From Thermoanaerobaculia bacterium (GTDB lineage Bacteria > Acidobacteriota > Thermoanaerobaculia > Multivoradales > UBA5704), in the NCBI GenBank assembly GCA_035637095.1, contig DASPXX010000345.1, forward strand, positions 1,660 through 65,659: 64,000 bases of DNA, written 5' to 3'. Position 1 is the first letter of the stretch, and every line of letters starts with the position of its first letter. The position numbers and the translations under genes are program-made. The notes under the pieces are model-generated. The model worked only from the letters and a program-made list of their open reading frames with translations, had not been told where the DNA came from and did no database searches. This document shows positions 22,902-34,267 of the stretch, in pieces.

Positions 22902-24404
22902 TCACAGATCGCAGACTTTCTCCCGCAGCGCCACCGGCGCGCCACCGGCCAGGTGCTGCCGGTAGGCCTCGGCGAGGCTGGCCTGGAAACGCGAGGAGAA
23001 TCCATCGCAATAGTTCGAGTTGTACGAGCCGTTGCTGCCCAGGGCCAGCACGGCGCAGCCGCCTCCGCAATGGAGCGCATAGCGGCAGCGGCGGCAGACC
23101 GGATTGCTCGCCACGGTCCGGCTCTGCCAGACCGCGAGCTGCTCCCGGCTCAGCTCCACCTCGCCGTCCGGCAGGACGCGGCCGGTGCGGATCTTGGCAT
23201 CGCCGGTCCGCTCCCAGCAGGAGTAGATGTCACCGAACGGATCGAAGATGTACATGCGGTCGTGGGCGCCGCAGAAGCTCGGCCGCAGGCTCGGGAGGAC
23301 CTCGCCACCGGTGTCGAAGATCCGCCGGGCCCGGGCGCGCAGCCCTTCGTCCGGACGGGAGAGGACCGCGACCTCGGGATGCTCCCCGCGCAGGCGCGTC
23401 AGCTCCCGGTCGAGATCCCAGGTGGAGAACGTCGAGCCGGGGTCGGTCTTGCCGTTCCCGGCGCGCACCGGCGAGGTGTAGGCCGCAAAGCCCGGATGCG
23501 CGGCCCAGCCGCGCGCCGCGAGCTCGCGGGCCACGGCCGGCAGGTCGGCCAGGTTCGTCCGGTCGACGTTGATCCGGAGGCTCACGACCGCGCCCTCTGC
23601 CAGGGCCAGGTCGATCCCCCCGGCGATCCGCTCGTACGAGCCGGAGCCGTCGGCGTAGATCCGCCGGCGGTCGTGCTGCGGCGGCGGTCCGTCGAGGGTG
23701 ATCTGGAGCATGGCGATTCCAACGGGGCCGAGGAGGTCGCGATAGGCGGCGAGCTCGGTCCCGTTGCTCACCGCCCAGACGTCGACCGGTCCCAGGTCGA
23801 AGGCGCGGGCCAGGATGTGCTCCACCACGGGCCGGTTCGCCGCGAGCAGCGGCTCGCCGCCGAAGAACCCGATGTTGCGCCGGTGCCGCGATCCCGGCGC
23901 CACCCCGTGGAGCGCCTCGATCTTCGGCAGTGCCGCAAAGATGCGGTCCACCATCGGAGGCTGCATCGTCCGCAGCAGATGACGCAGGTTGCAGTCGCTC
24001 CGCATGTGATCCTGGTAGCAATACGAGCAGCGCAGGTTGCAGTCGTAGGTCGGCATGAAGATGTAGCTCGGAGGCTGCTGCAAAGCCCGCTCGTGGAGAC
24101 GGGTGGCCAGCCGGCCGAAAAAGGTTTCTTCCTGCTCGCTGCTCAGCTCGGTGAGGTAGCCCTGGGCGCAGAGGTGCTCGATCAGGGAGTCGGACGGATC
24201 GGCGACCGGCTCGGCGGCGTCCGCCTCCTCGCTCCACGCGCCGTAGAGAGGGCTCGCCGCGGTCCTGGCGCCCCGGGACCGCAGGAAGCCGGCCACCCGG
24301 CGAGAAACCTTGTCGTACGCGCCGGTGTATCCGTGGACCAGGAGGACCTCGTCCTCGCTGTCCGGAAGATTGACAAAGATCACGTAACTGCTCATTCGAA
24401 GCAT
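22902..24404 (-). CDS. Radical SAM/SPASM-domain peptide maturase
   Basis: Trimmed to MLRMSSYVIF... (GGGAGG SD). Radical SAM cluster: CNLRCSYC. SPASM motifs: C-x17-C (FCGAHDRMYIFDPFGDIYSC) and CRRCRYALHCGGGC. The N-terminal roughly 100 aa look like a PqqD/RRE-type peptide-binding region (VLLVHGYTGAYDKVS). Confidence 0.8.
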   Translation of the reverse strand: MLRMSSYVIFVNLPDSEDEVLLVHGYTGAYDKVSRRVAGFLRSRGARTAASPLYGAWSEEADAAEPVADPSDSLIEHLCAQGYLTELSSEQEETFFGRLATRLHERALQQPPSYIFMPTYDCNLRCSYCYQDHMRSDCNLRHLLRTMQPPMVDRIFAALPKIEALHGVAPGSRHRRNIGFFGGEPLLAANRPVVEHILARAFDLGPVDVWAVSNGTELAAYRDLLGPVGIAMLQITLDGPPPQHDRRRIYADGSGSYERIAGGIDLALAEGAVVSLRINVDRTNLADLPAVARELAARGWAAHPGFAAYTSPVRAGNGKTDPGSTFSTWDLDRELTRLRGEHPEVAVLSRPDEGLRARARRIFDTGGEVLPSLRPSFCGAHDRMYIFDPFGDIYSCWERTGDAKIRTGRVLPDGEVELSREQLAVWQSRTVASNPVCRRCRYALHCGGGCAVLALGSNGSYNSNYCDGFSSRFQASLAEAYRQHLAGGAPVALREKVCDL

Positions 24405-24580
24405 TGTGACCTCCCCGCTTGGCAACCTGCGCGAAAGGACTTCTGCAAGGGGTGGACCAGGGATGCAAGGAGGTGAAGGAGAGCGAAAAACCTTTCGACT
24501 CGGGTAACGCGCTACTCAACGCGGGTAAGCCCCTACCCCTGCCGGATGGGCGAGCCGTGCCGGAACGCCCCCGGTCTCCC

Positions 24581-24596
24581 TGGCATGCGGGATGCA
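24581..24596 (+). promoter_or_regulatory. Sigma-54-type -24/-12 promoter motif upstream of the ABC-2 operon
   Basis: TGGCATGcgggATGCA has the correct GG-N10-GC spacing. It lies 54 nt upstream of ATG 24650. Confidence 0.45.
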
Positions 24597-24649
24597 GCAA
24601 GCCACGATATACTCCGGCCCCGGAGTACCCTTCCGCGGAAAGACGAGAC

Positions 24650-26251
24650 ATGCTGCGTGCTGTGATTCGAAAGGAATTTCAGTTCCATCTCGCGGGCTTT
24701 CCCCTGCGGGTCGGGACGCTGTTGGCGCTCCTGCTGGCCGCGTCGTCCACGCTGCTCGTCACCCGGGACTACAACCTGCGGCTGGAGGCGTATCGGGACC
24801 GCGTCGCCGCGCATGCGCGCGCGCTTCAGGAGGAGACGGTCTACTCGTACCTGCAGCCGGTCGTGGTCCGCCCGCCGGAGCCGCTCAGCGTGCTGGACCA
24901 GGGCTACGACGCCCAGCTGGGGACCGATGCGACCATCAATCTCTTCGCGGTTCCGGCGGAGGCCACGGGCGGATACCGGGGCAACGAGTTCCTCGTCACC
25001 TCTCCCGCGGCGGACCTCACGGCGATCGTGGCGGTCGTCCTCGGCCTCCTCGCGCTCCTGCTCGCCCACGACGCGGTGGCGGTCGAGCGGGACGGCCAAG
25101 CGCTCTCCGCGCTCCTCGCCTCCGGCCTGCCGCGCCACACCCTGCTCGCCGGCAAGGTCCTGGGCGGTCTGCTGAGCCTGGCGCTGCCGCTCGGCGGGGC
25201 GCTCCTGGTCAGCCTGGCGATCTTCGTCCAGCAGGTCGACGTCGAGCTCTCGGTCCGGCAGTGGTTGCGCGCGGCGGGGCTCGGGGCGGGGTACGTCCTC
25301 TATCTCTCGCTCATGTTCCTTCTCGGCGTGCTCATCTCCCTGTCCTCGCGCAAGCGGTCGCGCGTGCTCGCCCTGGCGGTCGTGATCTGGCTCGCCGCGG
25401 TGGTCGTCCTGCCGGGAGCGGTGCGCACCCTGGTGGCCGATCTCGGGGGTGCGCGCGAGGCCCGGCTGGCCGCGGAGCGCCGCGGCGCCGAGCTCCTCGC
25501 CGAACGGGACCGGCGCCTCGAGGCGGAGCTCCGGCGCGTGCCCCTGCGCGCCGTCTTCAACGGCGACTCGGCCATCTCCTTCGCGAGCGGCGAGAACCGG
25601 GCCGTGCGCTACCGCTACGGATCGGCCGCCTATTACGACGCGCTCAGCGCCTACTACCGCACCGAGGTGGCGCTCGGGATGCGCTATGCTGAGACCGTGT
25701 TCGCCGAGCAGCGGCGCGCCGAGGAGCACCTCAGGGCCGCCGAGAGGCTCGGCCTGATGCTGGGCATGATCTCTCCCGCCGTCCTCCTCGACAACCTGTC
25801 GGAAGAGCTCGCCGGGACCTCGACCGCGGAGTACGACCGCTTCCTCGCGGCCTGCCGGGACTACCGCCTCGCCCTGATCCGCTACTTCGAGGAGCGCAAT
25901 GCGTTCGCGTCCTGGCGCTGGTTCACCGACGATCGTCCGGACCGGCTCCACCCCTGGCCGCTGTTTCTCGGCCTCACGCCCGATGAGGCGCGGCCGGAGG
26001 ACGTCCAGCGGCTCTTCGCACGGCTCGGCGATCCGGAGATCGCGGGCCGGGTGAGCCGCGAGCAGGCCGCCCTGGCGGGCGATCCGGCCCGCCGGCTGCC
26101 GCTGGCGGACATGCCTCGTTTCGTCCCTCCGGGCGCGGGGTTCCTCGAGTGCCTGCGCCGCGGAATCCCCGAGGCGCTCGGGCTCCTGGCCTTCAACCTG
26201 CTGGCCTGGGCCGCGGTCTCGGCGCGCTTCCGGCGATGGTCTCCCCGATGA
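24650..26251 (+). CDS. ABC-2-type permease with long C-terminal extension (DUF3526-like)
   Basis: ORF 24419..26251 trimmed to MLRAVIRKEFQFHLAGFPLRVG. It has multiple TM helices followed by an Arg/Glu-rich helical region and a terminal TM helix. Confidence 0.65.
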   Translation: MLRAVIRKEFQFHLAGFPLRVGTLLALLLAASSTLLVTRDYNLRLEAYRDRVAAHARALQEETVYSYLQPVVVRPPEPLSVLDQGYDAQLGTDATINLFAVPAEATGGYRGNEFLVTSPAADLTAIVAVVLGLLALLLAHDAVAVERDGQALSALLASGLPRHTLLAGKVLGGLLSLALPLGGALLVSLAIFVQQVDVELSVRQWLRAAGLGAGYVLYLSLMFLLGVLISLSSRKRSRVLALAVVIWLAAVVVLPGAVRTLVADLGGAREARLAAERRGAELLAERDRRLEAELRRVPLRAVFNGDSAISFASGENRAVRYRYGSAAYYDALSAYYRTEVALGMRYAETVFAEQRRAEEHLRAAERLGLMLGMISPAVLLDNLSEELAGTSTAEYDRFLAACRDYRLALIRYFEERNAFASWRWFTDDRPDRLHPWPLFLGLTPDEARPEDVQRLFARLGDPEIAGRVSREQAALAGDPARRLPLADMPRFVPPGAGFLECLRRGIPEALGLLAFNLLAWAAVSARFRRWSPR

Positions 26252-27744
26252 GCGGCTCGCCGGCACCGCTCGTCTCGCTCCGGGAGACCCCCGCCGCCGC
26301 GGACCGCGGCTTCCCGGCGCCCGCCGCCGTGGGCAGGCCCCGCCGGGTCGTTGCGACGGTGTTCTGGAACGAGGTGCGGCTGGCGGCGGACAGCATCCGT
26401 CTCTGGGCTCCGGCGGTCCTCCTGGTGGCGTTGATGGTGCTCGCCGCCGTCATCTCCTCCGCGCGGTTCCGGCGGGACGCCGCGGACCAGGCGGGCTCTG
26501 CGAAGGACTATGCCCGGCGCCTGGAAGGAGCCTCGCTCGATGAGCTCTCGGTGCTCCGGTACCCGGCCCTCAAACCTCCCTGGCGTCTCGCCGTGGTCGT
26601 CGAGGGCGGGCAGACCGCGACGCCCGACACCTACGATCAGGTGCTGAGCGCGTTGGAGGAGCCGGAGCTGCGCAGGGCTGCCGGGGAGGATCCGCGCCTG
26701 TCCGGAGCTCCCGCGGTCGATTGGATGCTCGCCATCCGGGTCGTCCTCTCGATCGGCGCCTTCCTCCTCTGCCATGGCGCCATGAGCGGCGAGCGGCGGT
26801 CGGGACGGCTGAAGCTCGTCTTCTCGCTGCCGATCCCGCGCTGGAAGATCCTGGCGGGCAAGTTCCTCGCCGCCTGGTCCTGCCTCGCGGTCCCGTTCCT
26901 CGCCGGCGCCGTGGCCAGCCTTCTCGTCGCCTCCGGCCTCGGCGGCTTCCGCCTCGCGGAGGAGGATCTCGCCCGCGCCGGCCTGGGGGTGCTCCTGGGG
27001 CTCTGGGCGGCGGCGTTCTTCGTGCTCCTCGCCCTGCTCGTCTCCTCGCTGACCCGCGAGCCCTCGACCAGCCTCGGCGTCCTCGCCCTGCTCTGGGTGG
27101 CCGCGGTCATCGTGGTCCCGGCCCTCTCCGTCCTGCTCGCCCGGAGGCTGCAACCGTTCCCGACCCGCGCCGAGGTCAACCAGCGCATGGCCGAGGCCCG
27201 GCAGGAGGCCCGGCGCGAGATCGCCGGGCAGGACGGACGGTGGCGGCCGTCCTCCTGGGCCGCGGCCGACGGGTACGCGTGGGAGAAGATCTCCGCGCGC
27301 GGAGAGAATCGGCGGTCCTTCCTCCAGGAGGAGATCCGCCGCCAGGTCCTCCAGCAGAAGCTGCGGCAGGCGGAGCTGGCCCGCACCCTGGCTTCCGTAT
27401 CCCCGCCGTCGCTCGTCCAGACGATCGCCGAACGGCTGCTCGGCAGCGGCGTCGAGCGGGACCGCGCCTTCCTGACGCAGGCGTGGGTCCTCCGCGCCGC
27501 CATGCGCGAACGGGTGCGGCAGCTCGACGCCGCGGACCCGGAGAGCCCCCACATCCTGTATTTCCATGGCTACATGTCGCAGCGCCCCATCGCGCCCGGA
27601 TCTCTCCCCGGCTTCGCCTTCCGTGAGCGGACTCTGCGCAAGGGCCTGACCTCCACCCGTCCGGCCCTCCTGGCGTTTCTCTTGGAGACGCTTCTCCTCG
27701 CGGCCGCGGCCCTCTTCGCCTTCTCTCGCTATGACGCGGGGTGA
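26248..27744 (+). CDS. Second ABC-2-type permease (DUF3526-like), paralogous architecture
   Basis: ATGA overlap with the upstream gene at 26248; the start could also be 26236. It has the same TM, helical and TM layout. Confidence 0.6.
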   Translation: MSGSPAPLVSLRETPAAADRGFPAPAAVGRPRRVVATVFWNEVRLAADSIRLWAPAVLLVALMVLAAVISSARFRRDAADQAGSAKDYARRLEGASLDELSVLRYPALKPPWRLAVVVEGGQTATPDTYDQVLSALEEPELRRAAGEDPRLSGAPAVDWMLAIRVVLSIGAFLLCHGAMSGERRSGRLKLVFSLPIPRWKILAGKFLAAWSCLAVPFLAGAVASLLVASGLGGFRLAEEDLARAGLGVLLGLWAAAFFVLLALLVSSLTREPSTSLGVLALLWVAAVIVVPALSVLLARRLQPFPTRAEVNQRMAEARQEARREIAGQDGRWRPSSWAAADGYAWEKISARGENRRSFLQEEIRRQVLQQKLRQAELARTLASVSPPSLVQTIAERLLGSGVERDRAFLTQAWVLRAAMRERVRQLDAADPESPHILYFHGYMSQRPIAPGSLPGFAFRERTLRKGLTSTRPALLAFLLETLLLAAAALFAFSRYDAG

Positions 27745-27747
27745 ACC

Positions 27748-28470
27748 ATGATCGAAGCCGTCGACCTCAGCAAGCGCTATCCCAACGGCCAGCTGGCCCT
27801 CGATGCCTTGAACCTCCGGATCGCGCCGGGCGAGATCTACTGCCTGCTCGGGCCGAAGGGCGCGGGGAAGACCACGGTGATCAATCTCTTCCTCGGCCTC
27901 ACCATGCCCACGGCCGGCCGGGCGCTCCTCGGCGGCTGCGACGTGGCGCAGGACCCCCAGGAAGCCCGGCGGCGGGTGGCCTTCCTGTCCGACGGCATGA
28001 CGTTCTACGAGCGGCTCACCGTGCGGCAGAACCTCGAATTCTTCGCCCGGCTGGCCGGACGCTCGCGGGCGGTTTCCGGCGACTGCGAGATGCTGCTGCG
28101 GGAGGTGGGCCTGCCGGAGGCCTCGTTCGATCAGAAGCTGGCCGGGATCGGCACCGGCGCGCTCCGCAAGCTCGGCCTCGCCGTGGCCATGGCCAGGAAC
28201 GCGCCGGCGATCCTGCTCGACGAGCCGCTCTCCGGCGTCGATCCCAAGGCCGCCGCCGAGCTGGTCGAGATCCTGGAACGGCTGCGCGACCAGGGCAAGG
28301 CGCTGCTGATCACCCTCCAGGAGCTGGTCTGGGTCCGCCAGCTCGCCGACCGCGCCGGCTTCCTTCAGGAAGGCCGGCAGGTGCTGGCGCGCACCCGCGA
28401 GGAGCTGCGCTATGAGGACGTCGAACGCCTGTACCTCGACTACACCCGGGGGGGATTGATGGCACGGTGA
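27748..28470 (+). CDS. ABC transporter ATP-binding protein with degenerate catalytic motifs
   Basis: Walker A (GPKGAGKT) and Walker B (ILLDEP) are intact. Other motifs are degenerate: Q-loop Q->D (FLSDG), signature IGTGA instead of LSGGQ, H-loop H->Q (ITLQEL). Confidence 0.75.
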   Translation: MIEAVDLSKRYPNGQLALDALNLRIAPGEIYCLLGPKGAGKTTVINLFLGLTMPTAGRALLGGCDVAQDPQEARRRVAFLSDGMTFYERLTVRQNLEFFARLAGRSRAVSGDCEMLLREVGLPEASFDQKLAGIGTGALRKLGLAVAMARNAPAILLDEPLSGVDPKAAAELVEILERLRDQGKALLITLQELVWVRQLADRAGFLQEGRQVLARTREELRYEDVERLYLDYTRGGLMAR

Positions 28471-28474
28471 GGGC

Positions 28475-29859
<1,385 letters not shown>

Positions 29860-29875
<16 letters not shown>

Positions 29876-31263
29876 GCGGCATTCTCCACGAGCGGCAAGC
29901 GGACCGAAGCCGTGGTACCCCGTCCCTCTTCGCTCTCGAGCTCGATCTCGCCCTGATGCCTCTCGACGATGCCGTGGCAGATGGCGAGCCCGAGACCCGT
30001 GCCATCCCGTTTGGTCGTATAGAAGGGATCGAAGACGCGGCGGACCTGGTCCGGCGGAATGCCCGGCCCGGTGTCGGCGATGCGGACCTGCGCCCAGCGC
30101 GCCCCCGGGCTGCTCGGGGGAGACCAGGAAGCCGCCGCCACCGTGATCCGGCCGCCGCCGGGCATGGACTGCAGGGAATTGAGCAGCAGGTTGAGAAAGA
30201 CCTGCTTGAGCTGGCCCGAATCGCCGCGGACGCGCAGCGGCTCGCTGCCCAGGCGGGCTTCGAGAGCGACCCCCTGCTCGGTTGCGCGGGCCTGCACCAG
30301 ATGGACCGACGCGGAGAGCGGATCGATGAGATCGAATTCCGTCAGATGGAGCTCGCCGGGCCGGCCGAGGCTGAGCAGGCCGCCGACGGTGCCGTTGATG
30401 CGGTCGACCTCGCTCAGCAGCTCGGCCACGAGCTCGTGGTGCGGCTCGTCGGGCGCGAACCCATGCAGGAGGTACTGCATGGTCGAGCGGATCGCCGTCA
30501 GGGGGTTGCGGATCTCGTGGGCCACGCCGGCCGCGAGCTGTCCGACCGCGGCGAGGCGCTCGGCGCGGTGGAGGCGGTCGAGGCGGTCCTGCTGCGCGCG
30601 GTAGAGGGCCGCGTTCTCGAACGCGAGGCTCACCTGCGCGGACAGCAGCTGCAACAGCTCGAGGTCTCTCCCGACCAGCCATCGCCCGGGCCGGTCGCAC
30701 CCCAGGAGGAGGATCCCGGTCAGCCGGTTGATGGAGACCATGGGAACGGCGACGTCGATCCCCAGGCGGCGGAACAGGTCCTGCTCGACCGGGTCGAGGT
30801 AGTCGAAGACCCCCGGCTGGCGATCGCGGACGAAGGAGATCTCGTTGACTTTGAGCCAGCGGGCGAGCTTGCCGCGACCGAGGATCTCGACCCCGGAGAG
30901 CGCGGCGTCCTCGATTCCGAAGGAGAAGCCTGGCCGGAAGACGGCCTCGCCGAGGTCGGGCTCGAGGAAGACGATCCGGTCCGGATCGAACATCTCGCGC
31001 AGGCGCGCGGCCACGCTGGACTCCAGGGCCTCGCGGTCGACGATCAGCGCCAGCGCGCGCCCGAGCTCCTGGAAGGCCCGGCGGTCGACCCCCCGGCGGC
31101 GCCATCGTCCAAAGAGTCCTTCGAAGAGTGGCCACCGTGACTTCAAAGGCTGATCATACCTCCGGCGGCGATCGGGGCCGCCGCGCGTCACCGCTCTCCT
31201 CGTCTCTGCACGGAGGAGGGCCCTTCCCTGGACAACATCCGTATATACGGACCGTGGCTCCAT
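29860..31263 (-). CDS. Sensor histidine kinase (GAF-like input, HisKA, HATPase_c); start uncertain
   Basis: H-box GVAHEIRNPL. N, G1 and G2 boxes: LLLNSLQSM, DTGPGI, GTGLGLAI. It overlaps the response-regulator start by 16 nt. Confidence 0.8.
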
Positions 31264-31394
31264 GCCGTCCTTTCACGGCCATCTCCCCGCAAGGCCTGTG
31301 TGTATCAGTACGAACAAACAGCGGGCAAGTTGCCCGGAATTCCGCGTACCTCCAACCGGCAAAACGGAGAGCCTTTGTGGTAAAAAAGGGCGCT

Positions 31395-34208
31395 ATGGCA
31401 AAAGCATTCACCAAGAAGGAGCGCCGCCGCGGCGGCCGGGCGGGGCGGGTCGAGGAGCGCCGTCCCCGGTTTCAGGGGTGGCTCAGCACGGACGAAGAGG
31501 AGATCGAGCGGCGGCGGCAGCGGGCCCAGGTCGAGCCGCTCACCGTCGAAGCGCTCGAAGCGGACGAGCCGGTCTTCGGGACTTTCCGGGTCGGCTCCGC
31601 CGGGGGCCGCGTCGGCTCCGCCCAGGGGAGCGCCTACGAGGTCGAGATCCGTTCCCGCGTCGAGCGGGACAACTCCTGCGGCTGCCCGGACCATCGGGTC
31701 AACGGTCTCGGGACCTGCAAACACATCGAGGCCGCGCTGGCCCGCCTCGAGCGCAGGTCCCGGGCGCAAGCCGCGAGCCCGCGAGCCGAGATCTTCCTCC
31801 GGCGTTCCGGCGAGCGGCCGGAGGTGCGCATCCAGTGGCCGGAGGGGCCGGATGGGTCGCGCCTCGGCGCTCTGCTGGGGCCGTTCTTCACCGCCGGCGG
31901 CCGGCTGCGCGGCAATCCGGCCACGGCGCTCCCGGCGCTCGCCCGCACGGTCGGCGAGGCCCCGTTCCAGCTCCGCAAGCGCATCCGGCTCTCGCGCCAG
32001 CTCCTCCCCTGGGCCGACGAAGAGCGGCGGCGCGCGGCACGGAGCACGGCCCGCGAGCGCTTCCTCGCCGACGTCCAGGCCGGGCGGCAGAGCCTCGACC
32101 TTCTGAAGCTCCCGCTCTATCCCTATCAGCAGGAAGGGATGCTGCACCTCGCCTTCACCGAGCGGGCGCTCCTCGCCGACGAGATGGGCCTCGGCAAGAC
32201 GATCCAGGCGATCGCCGCCTGCGAGCTGCTGCGGCGCCTGCGCGGCATCGAGCGCGTGCTGGTCATCTCCCCCACCTCGCTCAAGGGCGAATGGGAGGAG
32301 CAGATCGCCCGCTTCACCGACCTGCCCGTCCGCATCCTCCAGGGGACGCGCCCCCAGCGCCTCCTCCAGTACAAGGAGGGAGCCTTCTTCTATCTCGCCA
32401 ACTACGAGCAGGTCCTGATCGACGGAGCCGACATGCAGGAGCGGCTCGCGCCGGACGTCGTCATCCTCGACGAGGCGCAGCGGATCAAGAACTGGCAGAG
32501 CCGCACCGCCCAGGCGGTCAAGCGCCTGCGGAGCCCCTACGCCTTCGTGCTCACCGGCACGCCGCTCGAAAACCGCATCGACGAGATCTACTCGATCGTC
32601 CAGTTCCTCGATCCGGCCCTGTTCGGTCCGCTCTTCCGGTTCAACCGGCAATATTACGACCTGGACGACCGCGGCCGGCCGGTGGGCTACAGGAACCTCG
32701 ACGAGCTGCACCGGAGGCTCGCCCCCATCCTGCTGCGGCGGAGGAAGAGCGAGGTCGAGGGGCAGCTGCCCGGTCGCACGGACAAGCACTACTTCGTGCC
32801 CATGGACGCCGAGCAGGGCGCCCGGTACGGCGACTACGAGCTGCGGGTCTCCCGCCTCGCCGCCGCGGCCCGGCGCCGCCCTCTGACGCCCGATGAATTC
32901 AAGAAGCTCCAGCAGTGGCTGGCGTGCATGCGGATGCTCTGCGACACGCCCTACATCCTCGACTCCGACTGCCGCGTCTGCCCCAAGCTGCACGAGCTGG
33001 AGGAGATCCTCGGCGAGGTGCTGGCCGACCGGGAAGCCAAGGTGCTGATCTTCTCGGAATGGGAGCGGATGCTCGAGCTGGTCCGCGAGCTCGCCGGCGA
33101 GATGGGGCTCGGCTTCGCCTGGCACACCGGCTCCGTGCCCCAGATGGCGCGCCGGCAGGAGATCCGGCGCTTCAAGGAGGACCCGGAGTGCCGGCTCTTC
33201 CTCTCGACCGAATCCGGAGGCGTCGGCTTGAACCTCCAGGCGGCGAACGTGGTGATCAACCTCGACCTGCCGTGGAATCCCGCGCGGCTCGAGCAGCGCA
33301 TCGCCCGCGCCTGGCGCAAGCACCAGACGCGGCCGGTCCAGGTCCTCCATCTGGTCACCGAGGACAGCATCGAGCACCGGATGCTTCCGCTCCTCGCCGG
33401 CAAGCAGGCCCTGGCCGACGGCGTGCTCGACGGCGTGGGAGATCTGAGCGCGATGCCCCTCCCCTCCGGCCGCAAGGCCCTCGTCGCCCGTCTCGAAGCG
33501 CTGATGCGGCCCACGGAGCCGCCTCCTCCTGCCGCCGGCGGCCTCCGCGACGACGTCGTCGCCAAGCTCGGCGAGCACGTCCTGCTCCTGGAGATGGTGC
33601 CCGGGAGCGGCGGCGAGACGCTCTTCGCCGTGGTCGACCAGAACACCGCGCCGGCGCGCCGGCAGATCGAGACCCTCCTGGCGGAGCAGCAGGCCGGCGC
33701 GGCCTCCCCGCCTGCACTGGAGGTGATCGACCGCGCGACCTTAGAGACCATCGAGCGCCTCGCCAAAGCCGGAGTCCTGCAGCTCGCACCCGGCGCCCGC
33801 CTCCTCCATCGCGCAGCCACCCTCGACCGCTCGCCGGAAGCGGACGACGCCGAGCGCACCCGCCGGCTCGCCCGCGCCCGCGAGCTCTTCGAGCAGGCCG
33901 AGCGCAAGATCCGGATGGCCGCCGTCCTCGCCTCCGGCGGCTTCCCGCTCGAAGCCCTCCCCTCGCTGCGGGAAGGCGTCGACCTCGGCGTGCGCTCCTG
34001 GGCTCATCTCCAGGGAGAAGAGCCGGCGGGACAGGACGGGGAGGCCCTCGTGTGGGGGGAGAAGAACCTGCCCAGGCCTCTCCCCCTCCTCGGCAAGCTG
34101 CGCGGCGGCCCCGAGGCCCTGCTCGGAGTCGCAGAGAGCGAAGTGAGAAGCTGGATCGACGAAGGAGCGCGATGGGCGGAGGAGCTGGGGAGGGAGATGG
34201 CGAGGTGA
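31395..34208 (+). CDS. SNF2-family helicase with N-terminal SWIM zinc finger
   Basis: Trimmed to MAKAFTKKERRR. SWIM: CGCPDHRVNGLGTCKHIEA. SNF2 motifs: LADEMGLGKTIQ, DEAQRIKN. Helicase C: GGVGLNLQAANVVINLDLPWNPARLEQRIARAWR. Confidence 0.85.
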   Translation: MAKAFTKKERRRGGRAGRVEERRPRFQGWLSTDEEEIERRRQRAQVEPLTVEALEADEPVFGTFRVGSAGGRVGSAQGSAYEVEIRSRVERDNSCGCPDHRVNGLGTCKHIEAALARLERRSRAQAASPRAEIFLRRSGERPEVRIQWPEGPDGSRLGALLGPFFTAGGRLRGNPATALPALARTVGEAPFQLRKRIRLSRQLLPWADEERRRAARSTARERFLADVQAGRQSLDLLKLPLYPYQQEGMLHLAFTERALLADEMGLGKTIQAIAACELLRRLRGIERVLVISPTSLKGEWEEQIARFTDLPVRILQGTRPQRLLQYKEGAFFYLANYEQVLIDGADMQERLAPDVVILDEAQRIKNWQSRTAQAVKRLRSPYAFVLTGTPLENRIDEIYSIVQFLDPALFGPLFRFNRQYYDLDDRGRPVGYRNLDELHRRLAPILLRRRKSEVEGQLPGRTDKHYFVPMDAEQGARYGDYELRVSRLAAAARRRPLTPDEFKKLQQWLACMRMLCDTPYILDSDCRVCPKLHELEEILGEVLADREAKVLIFSEWERMLELVRELAGEMGLGFAWHTGSVPQMARRQEIRRFKEDPECRLFLSTESGGVGLNLQAANVVINLDLPWNPARLEQRIARAWRKHQTRPVQVLHLVTEDSIEHRMLPLLAGKQALADGVLDGVGDLSAMPLPSGRKALVARLEALMRPTEPPPPAAGGLRDDVVAKLGEHVLLLEMVPGSGGETLFAVVDQNTAPARRQIETLLAEQQAGAASPPALEVIDRATLETIERLAKAGVLQLAPGARLLHRAATLDRSPEADDAERTRRLARARELFEQAERKIRMAAVLASGGFPLEALPSLREGVDLGVRSWAHLQGEEPAGQDGEALVWGEKNLPRPLPLLGKLRGGPEALLGVAESEVRSWIDEGARWAEELGREMAR

Positions 34209-34214
34209 GCGCCC

Positions 34215-34259
34215 GAAAGAGGGTAATACCGCGGAAAGAGGGTAATAAAGAGGGTACTA
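34215..34259 (+). repeat. Three direct copies of AAGAGGGTAMTA upstream of the Fic remnant
   Basis: GAAAGAGGGTAATA at 34215 and 34234, and AAGAGGGTACTA at 34248. Confidence 0.5.
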
Positions 34260-34267
34260 TCTACCCC

